Positions 25,691 to 39,700 of a stretch of DNA of 64,000 bases are shown in pieces. The stretch is from positions 100,276 to 164,275 of the forward strand of contig JAQGDQ010000495.1 in NCBI GenBank assembly GCA_030141605.1, given 5' to 3'. Position numbers and translations under genes: made by a program. This DNA comes from Tubiluchus corallicola (Eukaryota > Animalia > Priapulida). Under the pieces are notes generated by a model. That model was not told where the DNA came from. It did no database searches and saw nothing but the letters and a program-made list of their open reading frames with translations. The number at the start of each line of letters is the position of its first letter. Positions within the stretch are counted from its first letter, which is position 1.

Positions 25691-26864
25691 AGCAATAGCG
25701 TACAACTTTAAACTCAATAAACTGTAGTCAGAAAATATGGACCACAGTATAGAGAACTTTTACTGCGCAGCAGTTCGCGCAGTTAGTGTCGCCCTAGCGG
25801 CACAGCAGTACCGACTGTTGTTGTCAGGCACACTATAGGGCAAGCTGTTCGCAGAACGCACACCGGTGTGTACTGTAGCAGATGAATTGATGAGACCATC
25901 AAAGCCAGGCTAGTCAACAGGCGCTCATAAATTGCTTAGCAGTGAGTTTCAAAAACATAAATAAAATCTTTTAAAATTTCTGGAGTATGTAGCCAGGTAA
26001 TTATAACAAAATGCTAATTATAATGCCGTTTTGTAACTTTGTTACAAGTTAAATATTTTTACACTAGGCAAAGCCTACATCTGTCTCTTTGGCAATTTAT
26101 AGCAGCTGTTTTATTTTTGAATATTATTTAAAGCAAGCATAAGGATCTAAGAATAATTACTAGTTAAAAAAATATTATATTCATAACTCATGACAAATAA
26201 TAGGCTTATTTGCAAAAGCAGTCAAAAGACTTGATCATAAAGAAAGTTTGCAAATACCTGGCTCATGTAGAGTTCTATTTCTGGAAAAATAATTTTTCTA
26301 AAAAACATTCCTATTTAATATGTTTTTGTCAGGAAATATAACTTGAAGAAATGTTAGGCCTGACCTTCATGTGTGATACCTTTCATAGAAAAAAATCGAT
26401 TTTTTGAGAAAAGCAAAAAAAATTTTCCAGAACAATTTTTTTATTCTAAGCATCTGTACATTTTGTTAATTGCAGTTAAAAGACATTTAAAAAGCATATA
26501 ATCGTAGATTGGCCTTTGTTATGAGTCAGAGCTGACTACATAATAACATTGAAGAAACAGAGATGCATTTACGACATTACTCCTGTTTTTTATTGTCAAT
26601 GAATAAAAAATAACTAAACAAAACAAAACACCAGAGCTGTCATCCTAAGCAGCCAACATTACTTCCACCTCTATAAAAACCAACTAGCTAGGTCAAAATC
26701 AAGTTACAGAATTCAGGTGAGCAGCCAATGTGGCGAATAAATGTAAATGAAATGAAGAGTAATTTTCCATGTTGTTTGAAAAATATTTGTTTTTTTAACA
26801 AAAATATGTCTGTGTTACAGAGAATGGAGGGATTGCAGTTGAATCCGACATGCAATAGACGAAA

Positions 26865-27026
26865 ACAACAACAACAACTACAACAGCAAGAACAACAACA
26901 ACAACCACAACACCAACAACAAATTCTTGGACAATTCATGGCACATGTGCAAACACAACTTGAACGAATTTCACACATACAGCAACAGCAACAATTACAA
27001 CAACAGCAACAATTACAACAACAGCA
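26865..27026 (+). repeat. CAA/CAG trinucleotide-rich tracts (poly-Gln in ORF 26728-27078)
   Basis: Two imperfect (CAA/CAG)n runs separated by about 60 nt of unique sequence. Confidence 0.85.
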
Positions 27027-30000
27027 AAATATAAATCCCAGAAACAGACAATACAGACAACGGCCATACTTTCCATAAAGACAGCACCCAATCAAAGGGA
27101 ACAATTATATAATTTACAATTTCTATAACGCACAATGAGGAAGCCAAACACCAGTATGCTGTCAGTGAGGGCACCAAAGCTGTGACGAAGTACACCACTT
27201 CTGCATAGAGATCTGCATAAAATAACCAACCGGCCCTTTTCAGGGCCACAAAATTTATCCGAAAGAAAATTCTGATTTTGCAAATTCAACTTTCCCCTAA
27301 TTATTAAAATTTAATTTTAAACATAAATTCAAACACAATATTTTTTAACAATAATATACACATTGCATATGTCAAATAAAACTTAGTTTTAAGCGTTTAG
27401 TGGTTAATATTCAATCAAATAATATCGTTTTGAACGGATACACACTAGGATTCTAATTGATATATTTCGCACTCGCAGGCAGCTTTTTGCTGAATTAAAG
27501 TTACAGACAGAGTACAATGGATGACGTCAGCACAATGGAATGCGGTCAGAACAGTTTTCTAAGCGAAAATTGCCGAGAATAGAACATGTAATTAACTCCT
27601 CGCTACTCCTCTCGGTGGACCTGCCCTAAAATTTAGCCCACATCATCGTGTAGCCCCGTTCTTCCTCTTTCTGATGAGCCGTATATCTCTTTCCGAGAGT
27701 CTCACAAGGCGCCACTAGAACGTTTTTTCCGCAGGCTGTTTAGTCAAAATTTCGAAAAAATCGCGATTTGAGTCCGGGAAAACGCCCGTTGCGGGGCGCC
27801 GTGGTCCTCTCGCGAATTCTAAATATGCCTACTACACCCACCGCTGAACGGGCTACCTATCCATAGCAAGCGTTTAATAATATTTTCGAAAGGGCTCAAT
27901 TTTCTAATCATACTGAGTTAGAGGTGAATCTATGTATTTTCTACAGGAGAATTTAATGTTCTTCTAAATGCATAAATGCTCTTATAGCTGGACTTTATTA
28001 AAACACTATTTTCAGTAATGTTTACATATTTCCAACTAAAAGGTTTTAAGCTGTTACCAGTAAAATTGTTATTCTTGGGTTTGTATAGTCGTAGTAGGTA
28101 TGTGTGTGCGTGTAGCTGTTTATAGACGTTTGAGGAATGGCAAAGCTATAAGACTTGATTAGTAGATAACACTTTTATTAAGTAACATCACAATATAAGA
28201 AGATAAATAGCAATGTCAAAGGCCCCCTGATCTCTTGGTTTCCGCCGCACTTTAATTCCTTGTTTGGGGTTTGGCTTCCTGGATATTGTTCATAGCCTAA
28301 TTATCTGACATTTAACATATTTTGATAGATTCTCTTTACTTTCATGTTAGCCGTCACGTCCTAATATTGGGCATGCAGTCGCAGAAGGAAAAACATTACA
28401 TCACGAGATGCGAGATCTACAAAATGGTATTAAACGTGAAGTCGTTCATCTCCGACATGATAGTAGTCGCCAATACAAATTGGCGTTACAGCTTAGCATT
28501 CGGAAAGTCAATTATAGATGGCGTAAGTTATTATTTATTTTATTTAATTTCCTACTAGAATCGAAACCGAAAATATCTCACTGCTTGTATTAATTTTGTA
28601 CTAGAATCGAGTTAATTAATTTTCAAAAAATGAAGGGTTTGTTTATCATCGCGCTTTTATTATTTAAGAACTGAGTTAAACTGAGTGTTTGAGTTTTAAA
28701 TAACTGCATAAACTACATCTATTAATTAAACCTAAAATTGTTTTGCAGGAGGAAATAGCAATCGTACAGGTGTGCAGTTCGTCAGCACTGCCCGGGATGA
28801 CACGAATACTGGAGAAGAATCGTACAATAGTGTGCATGATGTAGAAACAATGATAGTACAGTCGAGGCACAGATTTAAACGAGGCGTTGAAATAAAATAT
28901 TTCGGACAAGAAGGGTCTGGAATTTAGTGTTGTCAGCGTGAGGTATGAAGATTAGGTGAAGTAATAATTCTATGATTTTAGAACTTGTGGCAGCTAGTAA
29001 CTTTAAACTTGCAGACCGGATTAACCATTAGGCAAACAAGGCACATGTTACGATATATGGTATATGACGTCATGATCATGTGACTGAACAACAGTGGTTG
29101 GATTAAAATGACAAAAGCTGAATTACTTCGTTAAGCGTTTCTTTAGATTATGTTAGAGCACCAACCACAAACACGACATCACTAGAAACCAAATGCAAGT
29201 CAAGAAAAGATTTTGTGAGATTGTTTACTAGAAAAAAAGTTGGCAATTTTCAATTTTTGCTGCTGAAATTTATCTGAAATGAGAAGAGAGAGTAACTTTA
29301 CATTGTTACAATTATTTTAACAATTTTTATATTGTGTTAGCTTCATAGCGATATATGTCAATGTATTCTACTTCACCTGCTTATTAGCTACTGCAAACAT
29401 GTAAGAACCTCTAAAGTACTTCCAGTTATTAACTACATCACGTTTACAGTCCATAAGCCCATGCAGTGGAAGTGTTAGTGTCACTGCCATGTTGATGTTA
29501 TGCCATTTGAACTGTTAATCCAACACAGTACCATAGGTCTGAGTCCTTGTAACAACAGAAATTTTATTAACATTATAAACAATCACACATGTCAATATTA
29601 AAAAATTAATAAAAAACTGTATGTATTTACAAATAATTTACTTATTATAAAGTAACAGATCTAAAATTGTTGATGAATCTTTAAATTTTCACGAGTTTAT
29701 CAAATATCATACTTAGGATTCTCTATAGATTTCCAAAAAATATAAGAACATTTTGTATTTCACAATTCATATCAAGAGATTGTGTAAAAATAACGAATAT
29801 TAACAAAGATTACAGTGCATCTTACCAGGTTATACCCCACAAGGATTCTTGTCACTATAAAAGTGAAAAAAGCTGAAAAACACTGAAAGTTACTTCCTTG
29901 CATTGTCTTAAGCAAAAATTTAATGTAGTTAACCTAAACTTCATAATAAAAGTCATTTTTAATTTTGTAGTGCACAGACCTAAAAACTGCAAAATTAAAC

Positions 30001-30162
30001 CAACACAGGTGATTAGCAAAATCTAATAACTTCATCAGTTAACCAAATCATTGCAAACAGGTACGGCAAGCTGATGAAAAGTCTTTTTTTTTAAAAAATT
30101 AATTCTAAGTACCAATTAACTGGAACCACAAAGGTGAGGCCCAACTTCGAATGCTTGGACGT

Positions 30163-30500
30163 TAGGGGTCCAAACATTCGAACACGTTTTTTTTGCTTCA
30201 AATTCAATTCGAACCGGAAATTATAGATTTGAATAATTCAGCACTTCAACCACGTACATTTTTTATCATTAAAACGTCTGAAACGTCATGCAATTAGCAT
30301 AGTTTAGCTGTGATTTTTTTGCACAATTTTCAAACAAATTATCTGTGGTTTACTGCAGAACAAAATCGAGTAACATGCAGGATCTTTGTAAGATCACATT
30401 TTACTGGTGGTTTGAAAATCTTTCGAACTTAATAAATTTGAATTTGAAAAAACATAAATTTGATTCGAATTCGTTTTGTAGTAGAGAATGCTCACCCCTA
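30163..30500. mobile_element. hAT-like MITE
   Basis: TIR TAGGGGT / ACCCCTA; TSD ttggacgt / ttgaacgt (7/8); internal ttcgaa repeats. Confidence 0.75.
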
Positions 30501-30711
30501 TTGAACGTTACTGTCCATCAAAGTTAATGAAATATTATAGGCCCGGTCCTGCCTCCAACAAATGGATCACATGGAATCTCAATATTCTAGCCACCATAAC
30601 TAGTTTAGGACTTACAATATTATCATTTTTCAAATGTAAGGAGCACAAAACAGTCTGAAATGGTGAAGGTAAGAAAGTCATTTTCACAAACTGCGTCTAA
30701 TAGTCTATATA

Positions 30712-33700
30712 TCATTTAATAACTTTGTTAGACATCCTGTCTTCAGACACGGCAAGTAGTTTAAATTTCAGGGATTCATAAAAATCTAGATCTGTGTAGA
30801 ATCGAAGACCAGTTATCAACTCCACATCACGAACAGATGCAGCATGGTTGATCAAATAATCACTAAACGTCTGCAAAATAACAAAATACATTCAAAGATT
30901 TAAAATTCTGGAACATTTCTGATAAAAACAATAATTGCTGTACAACATTTTTCTTTATTTTATTATTAGGAATAAGCTATTGTAGTGCAGAGAGTAATTC
31001 TTCTAAAAAAAATTTAAGAGAAAGAAAGAGGAGAGGGGAAGAGAAGAGAAGACACGAGGAGAAAAGAGAGAGATCTATTTAAAAAAAACGTATAATGTAA
31101 AGTACCTGACAAGTCTCACGTTTAGACTTATGTGGGATAATGAAAGCCATAGTATCTACTGGTTCACCTCCACAAGAGACATCTGTATATTCCCCAGTGC
31201 ATCGTGAAACAATAGCAAAGTAATGAGATGGCAAAGGAATGTTGCTGCCATTATGTATAAATCTAAAGTCAGACAACAAATAACTAAAAATTGCACAGCG
31301 AAAAATATGCTTTCTACAAAAGTAAGTTCTCTAGCATAAGTGGAATGTTCTTGCACATTAGAATCAACTAGCAATCTTACTTTACAGTATCCAGTGCATC
31401 AAATAAGCCATCATGATTATGATCAAACACAGGTCCAGTAATCACGTTCAAGCTGGTCTGTGCTGCCCAGTCACTAACTGTGTCCAAAAACTCTGCCCAC
31501 GTCCCTGAAAAATATAAAAATTTACTCCAATGAAAATTATAAGTTTTTCTTTGAGAGAAATGAAAAATGGCATGCCTGTAAGTAGATAATAACCGCATGC
31601 TTCTACTCCAACGGTTTTGTTTAAGCAGTGTAGGTTTTGTCAATGCACGGGTGGGTGCTTAGGAAAGAAAAGCACATAAAGCAAAGTTCTCAAGCCCATA
31701 AGAATCTTTTAGTTGGTTAATTTATCAAGAGGTGCTTCAGTTGTGGTGTGTACATTAGAAACTAACCCTGCCTCTAATCAGCACATAAACAGTTGCAACA
31801 AAAGAAGTGGGTCTGTTGCCTTTGAAAAATAAGACTGATGGATGCTTAACATAATGAAATGTGACTGTGAATCAGTAACACCCCAGATCAGTAACACTAG
31901 GGCTCGGGTAAATCTATTAACTACTAAGATCTAATGCAGATGTACTTGGCATGCAATGAGTCTACAATCTCGCAAAGAAATATGGGGTTATTAAATTATT
32001 TTTGAATTAATTATTTAAATTGAAAAATTAATATACTATCGACTAATATGCTTGAAGTAACAAGTTACAACAATTTACCCAGCGCTGTAAGGCTTGTTAG
32101 ATAAAATTCATTGTTACATGATTTTCTTTATTAATACTATTATAACAATATTAAGGATCAAGCAAAAAAGTTTTTGAGTTGCTGAGCAACTATGAGTTTT
32201 AGCAGCAATTAGCAACCACAACAAATAAAGATTGTCTATTGTCATTGAACCACAACATAATCACGCAAAGCATTACTACTAATTTAACCTGTGCAAATCA
32301 AACAAGTTTCACAGAGACTAAAATAATTAATGACTAAAATAATTTGATGAGGATAGAAATATTACAACAAGATGTTTCTGCAGGATAGGATTCTGCAAAC
32401 TTATAGGCTAAAACACCAAAAGAAAAACTGACCATTTACAAAGTCGCTGTAGAATGGAACAACATTCGTCAGTATTGCTGCATCATAAATGTTCTCTATA
32501 CTTGTGTTACTTCCTGTGTACAAGTAAACAACAAACAAACATGACTAAACCTTATATTAAAACAGTTACTGGCGAGTATCAAATAATTGGGCAGACTATA
32601 AGCAAGTGAAAAGTGATATTTTATTCATGACCCTGACTTGACTAAACTCTTACAAAGTTTCTGACACCAGACTTTGCAGTAAATTATGAAGTGCTTTTAT
32701 GTGTCTAAACATGCATTTTGTCTGAAAGAGTTTGATAATCAATTGAAGAAAAGTAGGTGCTAAAGAAGAAAAACATTATGAAACGTTTGTGAAAGCCAGA
32801 AACGTATTAACCATGCATGAGCTAATTATCTATAATCTCAAAAGCAAGAATGTCAGATAAACCACAATAAATTCTTAAAAGCAAATTTTTTTTTAAAAGG
32901 AAGAAAATGTTGACAGCAGAGATTTGCTCTGGATTTGAACCACAGAAGCTTCAATGGGACTGGCCATTCAGGCATGAAAAAATTTTGAGTGAGTGGCTGT
33001 GAACCAGATAGGTGGGCGCCAGTGTCGACGCACACTATTAGATTCGATCATGTAAGAATACGTTATTTCTATGTTATGAAGCTTGTGCTACAAGCCTGCA
33101 ATGCCACCCAGCAGCTAAAATTGCATGAATCCTCATTTATTGCCCTATTTTACAACTTTCAAAGTTTTACTTAAGTGACTATGACAGCATAATTAAAACT
33201 GGAAAAAACAGACGAGTTACTTAGCGTGTTTAAAAGCACCGGTGCAAATGCAACATGATTCACACATCTCACAAGAGATAAACAAAAAAGCTTGCAATTA
33301 TTGTTAATCTGCATATCGCATTCATACATTAAGCAATTGCTCATTAATTGATCTGTTCATTATCCAGTTGTTAGCTAGCTAGAACAGCAAAACAATGCAT
33401 TCTATGCTGTTGTTTCTAAAGCTAGAGCTGAATGAATATACACACAGTATTGTGATTGTAATAAGGCTATCCAATTTGCTGCATTAACACTTATAGTTTT
33501 TGTAATGCACTAGATAATGTTGAAATAAAATACTAAACTAAAACTGCAGAATTTTCTGCTTCGTTTATTTTATATTTTATAAACAAACACATTATAAAGT
33601 CAATTATGAAACAATGTTCAAATTAAGAACTTATCCTGGCTTATGAGGACACTGTTTCACTTTTGAAACTAATAAGACACATTATAATCTATAAAGTTTT

Positions 33701-36700
33701 TTTTAGTAATAGAACTGTTTCTCTGTAGAACAGTTTACCTGAGTATGTCGTGTTGGCCCCCAGTACAAATGCTTTTAAGGAAAGATATGACAAACACTGT
33801 CATAATTTGTAAAATAATTTTATATCATTAACGGTGACTGCAGTAATCAATTTTTATAAATATTTTTCTGATGCGTACTTTCTATGCATTGAATTTACAC
33901 TTTCATCACACAATAAAGTGTATTATGTATTACATTAATACTGAAAGTGGAAAATCTGAAAGTGCAGAGTTAACAGACTGGCTTTAACTTTTGCATTGTT
34001 GCATATGTTTAATTTAGTGATGCAATTCAAAAAAAATGTGAGAGTAAGAAAAATAGTGAATCACTAAAAATTTAATTAACAAAAATAAAAAAATCAGGCA
34101 CAACATTGATTTTTTTGGTACCAAAATATCTTGTGCCCAAATGTACCGATACCCCAATATTCCTTGCCCTAACGTCAAGTGCTCAAGTGTCTTGAGCCCA
34201 AATGCCACGTACCGAAGCCTTAATTACAGACTTCATAAGCACAAAAAATTTTAAAGATGTTTTTGTCAAAATCTTTGTGTTGCAATTTTTCTCCTTTAGC
34301 AGGACCCAAAATTAACGACAGTAAACAGAACTTTACTAGAATACATTTGCAGAAATGAGTTCGACTCCCCTATGTATATGTGCATCATCCTCCAGCATTA
34401 ATGCCACTTACTTGGACTGTAAAGTAAACCCATTTTAATTGCTGCCTCTAAGACGTCTGGATTTGAGTAATCAGTACAAGATGGATGAACACCGTCATCC
34501 AATCGGACATCTCCTCTCACGCACACTGGTAGATGCTTCATGAGACTTTCACCCTAAAAATTATAGATATCGATGCTAAATGTGTGCTTGCATAGCAAAA
34601 TCGTTCCATAAGTCGGGAGTTGAGTTTTTTCTAGTTATGCACGAATCCTGAATGTCCATTTCATGTGTACCATTTTGATACCAAACTGATAGCTCTATAT
34701 TGCTTGTAAGCTGAGCTAATCCACATTGAAGTTGTGGATGGTGCACATGCTGCGCAGTAAAAAACATCTTGAGAAAATCGCTGTTAAAGTTAGCCACTGT
34801 TCTTACAACACTTTGCAACCGCACAAATATTGGTTGCTACAGACTTTGCAAGAGCACACTGAAATATAGTAAATGGCTCTTTCTGATGAATATCTGAGCT
34901 TGGCAACAGATTTATCTAATCTTAACTAATGTTAATGTCAAAAACTGCTCACAACTTTAATAGTCGTCCAAATGTTGTCTATGAGAGAGTAATTATTCCT
35001 AGCAAGCAGGCTAAGGAAATCTTAGGAAAAGTTAAATGTTCACAATCACCAGCAACCTAAAACAGTACTGTTCAGTATGATATATGCAACTTCTGCAAAC
35101 TAAGATATAGTTACCAATGGAATATGATAGTTAAAACTCAGTATAATTTACGGTAACACAACATAACCCACCTGATTAATAGTTGTAGAAGTCCATAACG
35201 GCATTAAATAGTCTTCACTGTAACCTAGGATGTAATCTTTTTGTAGCAAAAATGTTACATTTCCTGCTGGAATCATCTCCAGTCGGGGCGAACCCCAAGG
35301 AGTGTGCAAGGCTAGTGTCCAGTTTGCTTCTGGTGACATAACTGATATGTTTAACTGACTGTCCACTACATCCATGTCGAAAAACTTCAATTTAAAAAAG
35401 CAGAAAATAAAATAGAAGCTGTAAATAGTCAGCAAATCAATAAATGAACTAGTTCACTAAATGTCTATAATGTCTGCAATAAAATATGGATTTTTAAAAT
35501 TTATTTAATACAACATAAATGCAGCTGTAATTATTAAAAGTAATTTAAGTATATTTTATTATTTTTGTTTTAATATGGTAGTTCCACACATAAGTACCTC
35601 GTATGAACAATTGCAATTAGCAGCCTCTCTTCTGTTCTCCAATTCAGCTTCGGTTTCAGGCCAGACAAAATCATTGTAATGGCCACGTCCTTTCTCAACA
35701 CGTGGCAGTTCTGAATGATTTCGTAGCATGTGAGCTAGGCTGCCCCACGTTCCATTGTTCGAAGCAATGCTATCAACTCTGAACTGCATTAATTCTAAAA
35801 AAATTTAGTACGGTTTAAAAACGATTATGATCAGAATGTTGATTGAGAATGATTAAATGTCCGATATGATCCTTACATTTGTGTGACTTACTCAATAATT
35901 TTGATCAAATTAATTAAATTATGACAACAGCTTTTTGGTCTATTAAGTATTATCAGATATCGGTGTCATTTTTACGCTAGTATTACTATTGTACACTAAT
36001 TCTTGGCTGAAATATTGCCATTCATGTTTGAGACATCAGGTTGCTTATGAAAACAAAATTAGCCGCAATTTGGCTTTTAAATCTCACAAATTTAAAAAAT
36101 TCCAAGAGCATTCTGAAACATAATGGTTGGTAGAAGATTTTACAGAATATTACAAAGTATAAACTACTGTGATAAAATTTGTTTGAAGAAAGTTAAGATA
36201 GCTTCATCAATGAAAAATATGTCTTTGTGCATTTATGATTATTTTGTACATCTTTTCTACCATATGTCAAATGTTTGTAAAGATGTGCATTTTTAAAATT
36301 GGTACTCTCTTCGATTACTATAACTTTCTGCTTTCAAGCGGAAATAAGGCTGCATTTAGCAGAAACTGAAAACTTAAAATAACCGCTTTCAGACCTAAAG
36401 CCCATTCAGATATTTCCAGTACGATTTATTGATTTAGAAAGTGCCGGGACAGTAAACAATTTAAACTAACATACTTTTTCATCGAGAATAGAAATTTAAC
36501 CTAAGTTAATTACAGGTTACTGCCCTATGTCATGCGACAAATATCAAATGAAATTATCAATGCCCTACACAAGTCTATCCGCATATATTTTATCGTAAGT
36601 AAATACAAACCATGCAGACAGACATCATACCTGCAAACAAGTTGTACAGCTCAATGCTAGGAAAGGGTTCACTCTTGTAGTTCACTTTAAAGTTAGATCC

Positions 36701-39700
36701 GTAGCCGACAAATATTGCCTGTAGTACAAAAGTTCACAATCACTCAGTCATTGAGTAAAAGGTAACAGGACATATTAAATTGCTGTAGCTCCCGTTACAC
36801 TTATAAAAAAAGTGTTGGCACTCCCGATTATCATTAATTAGATTATGACTATGAAAGCCAGAATGTTGATAAAGCATTACGGTTTATTGTACAACAAGTT
36901 GATACGACTTTCGTTATGTAGTAATAAAGTACATGTTATAAAAAATTATTTAACTGTGACGGTTGGATGGAGCTCTATCAAACTCTTATAAATTATCATG
37001 ACCGAAGCGTTTATAATTTCTCTCTAACATCAACATAAATGCACGTAACACAAAACTAGGAATCACTCAAATGTAAAGGTTAGCTAGTCAGCATATGCAC
37101 CTAAGATATTCGTTCTGATTTGAAAATTTTTGCAGCATAACACTACCCACAAACTGTCTCAACCTCGAGCTCAGTTCAGCATCTAGCTTCCAAATTCATT
37201 AATAGCCTGTGAGTTGTGGGTATTTTTAAACTTAATTTCTCATTGCGGCACTGTCAAACACTACTATCACGTTAAACAATTTTTTAACAAAAGTAAATGC
37301 AGCTGTAAAGTCTGTGCTGCCACCTATTAATAGATTTAGTATTTATATGTTTGTATTTTGCTGCTGCTATATATTTCACAGGAAATTAGGACACTTGGCT
37401 TCCTGAGTTGATATAGTGCTTTATTGCTCTATGCTAGAGGAGCAGTAAGCAATGAGACCTGATTGACTACATACAAGGCAGTTGTGTTTCAAAACGTTTT
37501 GCATTGATACCATTGCAAATATTGTTTTTGTTGCCTTCTGTTCTTACTGAGTGATAGTCAATTCTTACTTTTACTATCTGATTGATGTCAAATATTGAGC
37601 ACAAATATCTGACCATGTTTAAAATACAGATTAGGTATCCGAAACAATGTCTTGGACAGTTTCACCAATCTAAAACTCTCATACCATCTAATTAACCGGC
37701 CAATGTCAGTTGTTGACTTTCCAGCAAACACATAAGTTACAATTCAAAGTTCAGCAATACAAGCAACAATTTAATTTATCAATTTGAAAGCTTCTGGCCA
37801 GTGAGCAGGTTTAAGTTTAAATTGATGCTTGAATTATATAAAATTTAATATAAGCTCACATGCATGCTTTGTATCCTCTCGTCCCATCCATGGTTCCCTC
37901 CATTGCAGCTGGTATATGTTGATGGCTCTCTACAGTAACATAAGAGAAAGCATGTGAAAAATTCGACAGACAATAAGCCTTTTCACAGTTTCATTGAGCG
38001 CACGCGCAATTGCTGTAGGTCAAAGGCTAAGTGTACCACAGCAATGCAACTTGACAACAATTGTCACGTGACATGAGCGTAAGGCAAAATCAGTTTGTCG
38101 CATCAGTACAGTAACGGCAGTTGTGTTACGTTGACTTTACTTAATTATGCATAGAGTGATTTACTAGCAGGAACTTGCTTAGAAACAAGGGAAAATGGAC
38201 TAGGTAAGGTTCTAGCTACCTGTTTAAACTGTTACTATCACAAAAGCATAAGTTGTGAGGTGTTGTCAAGTGTACATAAATGTGTTGTCTGGTACACTTA
38301 ACCCTTAACCCTTTCACGATCATCATCAATCTCTGGAACATTGAAAAGACTTACTGAACATGAGATCCGGTGCTGAATGTAAGAGTCAAAAATGTGCCAG
38401 TGACCAACAATTTACCCTTATTTTAATTTCAAGACGTAGCAGCTAAACTTTGTTCGTGGCACGGTTAGCCATGGTCAAAATATCTGCTGAATCAGCAAAG
38501 ACAGTACAAACTGCCCAATAACGTAAGAAATCTTAGTCCAGAAAGATATAACTTTTTTATTTCCTTGTCTTCTTCTTTTTACAATTATTTATTTTACAAA
38601 CAAACATAGTAAATCTATCTATTCTTAATAAACATTCAAATTTAAATGTAGTTCACAGCCATTTCATCAAGATTTGGATGATGACCACAAAATAAACCTT
38701 CATAATATTCAAAGAAATCGTCTTTACAACTACCCTTTCTTGCAATAAAAAATTGAACATTAAATCTGAGGTCACAGCAGTAAGTTATAATAACAGTAAT
38801 GTTCACCTGGCAACTAGCCAATCTTCTTTAACATCAAGTACCACATCATCAATACGTTGACTGTTGCTATAGTGATAGCGTTTCGGAACGTCCTGTTTGC
38901 GGTATGCATCGTAGTGTTCATTTTTACATCCAACAGCATCCATTAACGTATCCTGCGTGTCTGTGTTAAAAGAAAAAAAATTGTAACATATTTTTTGCTG
39001 TAGAGTTTATTATTGGGAAAATAACTAATCTATAGCAACAGCATACTAATTGTGTAAGTGTGCATAGCGTACTCACAGTTTGAATAATGGATACGAATTC
39101 TGCTGTTTGGCCCCTGATATATGTAGACAGCTTTTGTATCGTAAACATAGTCTCTCATAAACACACGTCGATCACAAGAAATTGGACCCATACCTAATAA
39201 TAATTTGAATTTTACTAACAAAAATATTACATCCTATATTTTACATGTGCAACAAATTATACATCATAAACCAATAATACAAAGCTGGCATTAAAATTAA
39301 GTGCCGATACAGTCAAAGTACCCTTATATAATATATTATTGCTAGCTATATACAATTAACTAATGAAAATAGTACTAGTTACTGTTAATATAGAGATTAA
39401 AGATCTCATCAATATACTTAAGTTATAATACTATGGTTTATTATTAAAAGCCTCATGAAATGTTCAACATATGGATTTAAATTTTGAAAAAAGTTGACAC
39501 AGCAAAGCACCTGCTAAACAGACTGTGACTGACATGTAGTATCACAAATGCGTAAAAAAAAGCGTGATCTACTTAGCCCCTCATACAACCTATAGCTACA
39601 ACAAAAATTTCTGCTAGCTAAGCATAGTAGTTGACAGGAACTTTGGTATTTTTTATCTTAGAATTTTTAACCAAGAAAGGCGGGAGAGCTAGACAGGTAC

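Noticed and set aside
25786-25802. CTCF-like motif (also gcgccactag near 3926 and 27709)
   Set aside because: Only partial matches; not distinguishable from chance or repeat-derived sequence.
26688-27104. 138-aa Cys-rich minus-strand ORF resembling a metallothionein or keratin-associated protein
   Set aside because: It is the antisense reading of CAA/CAG repeats.
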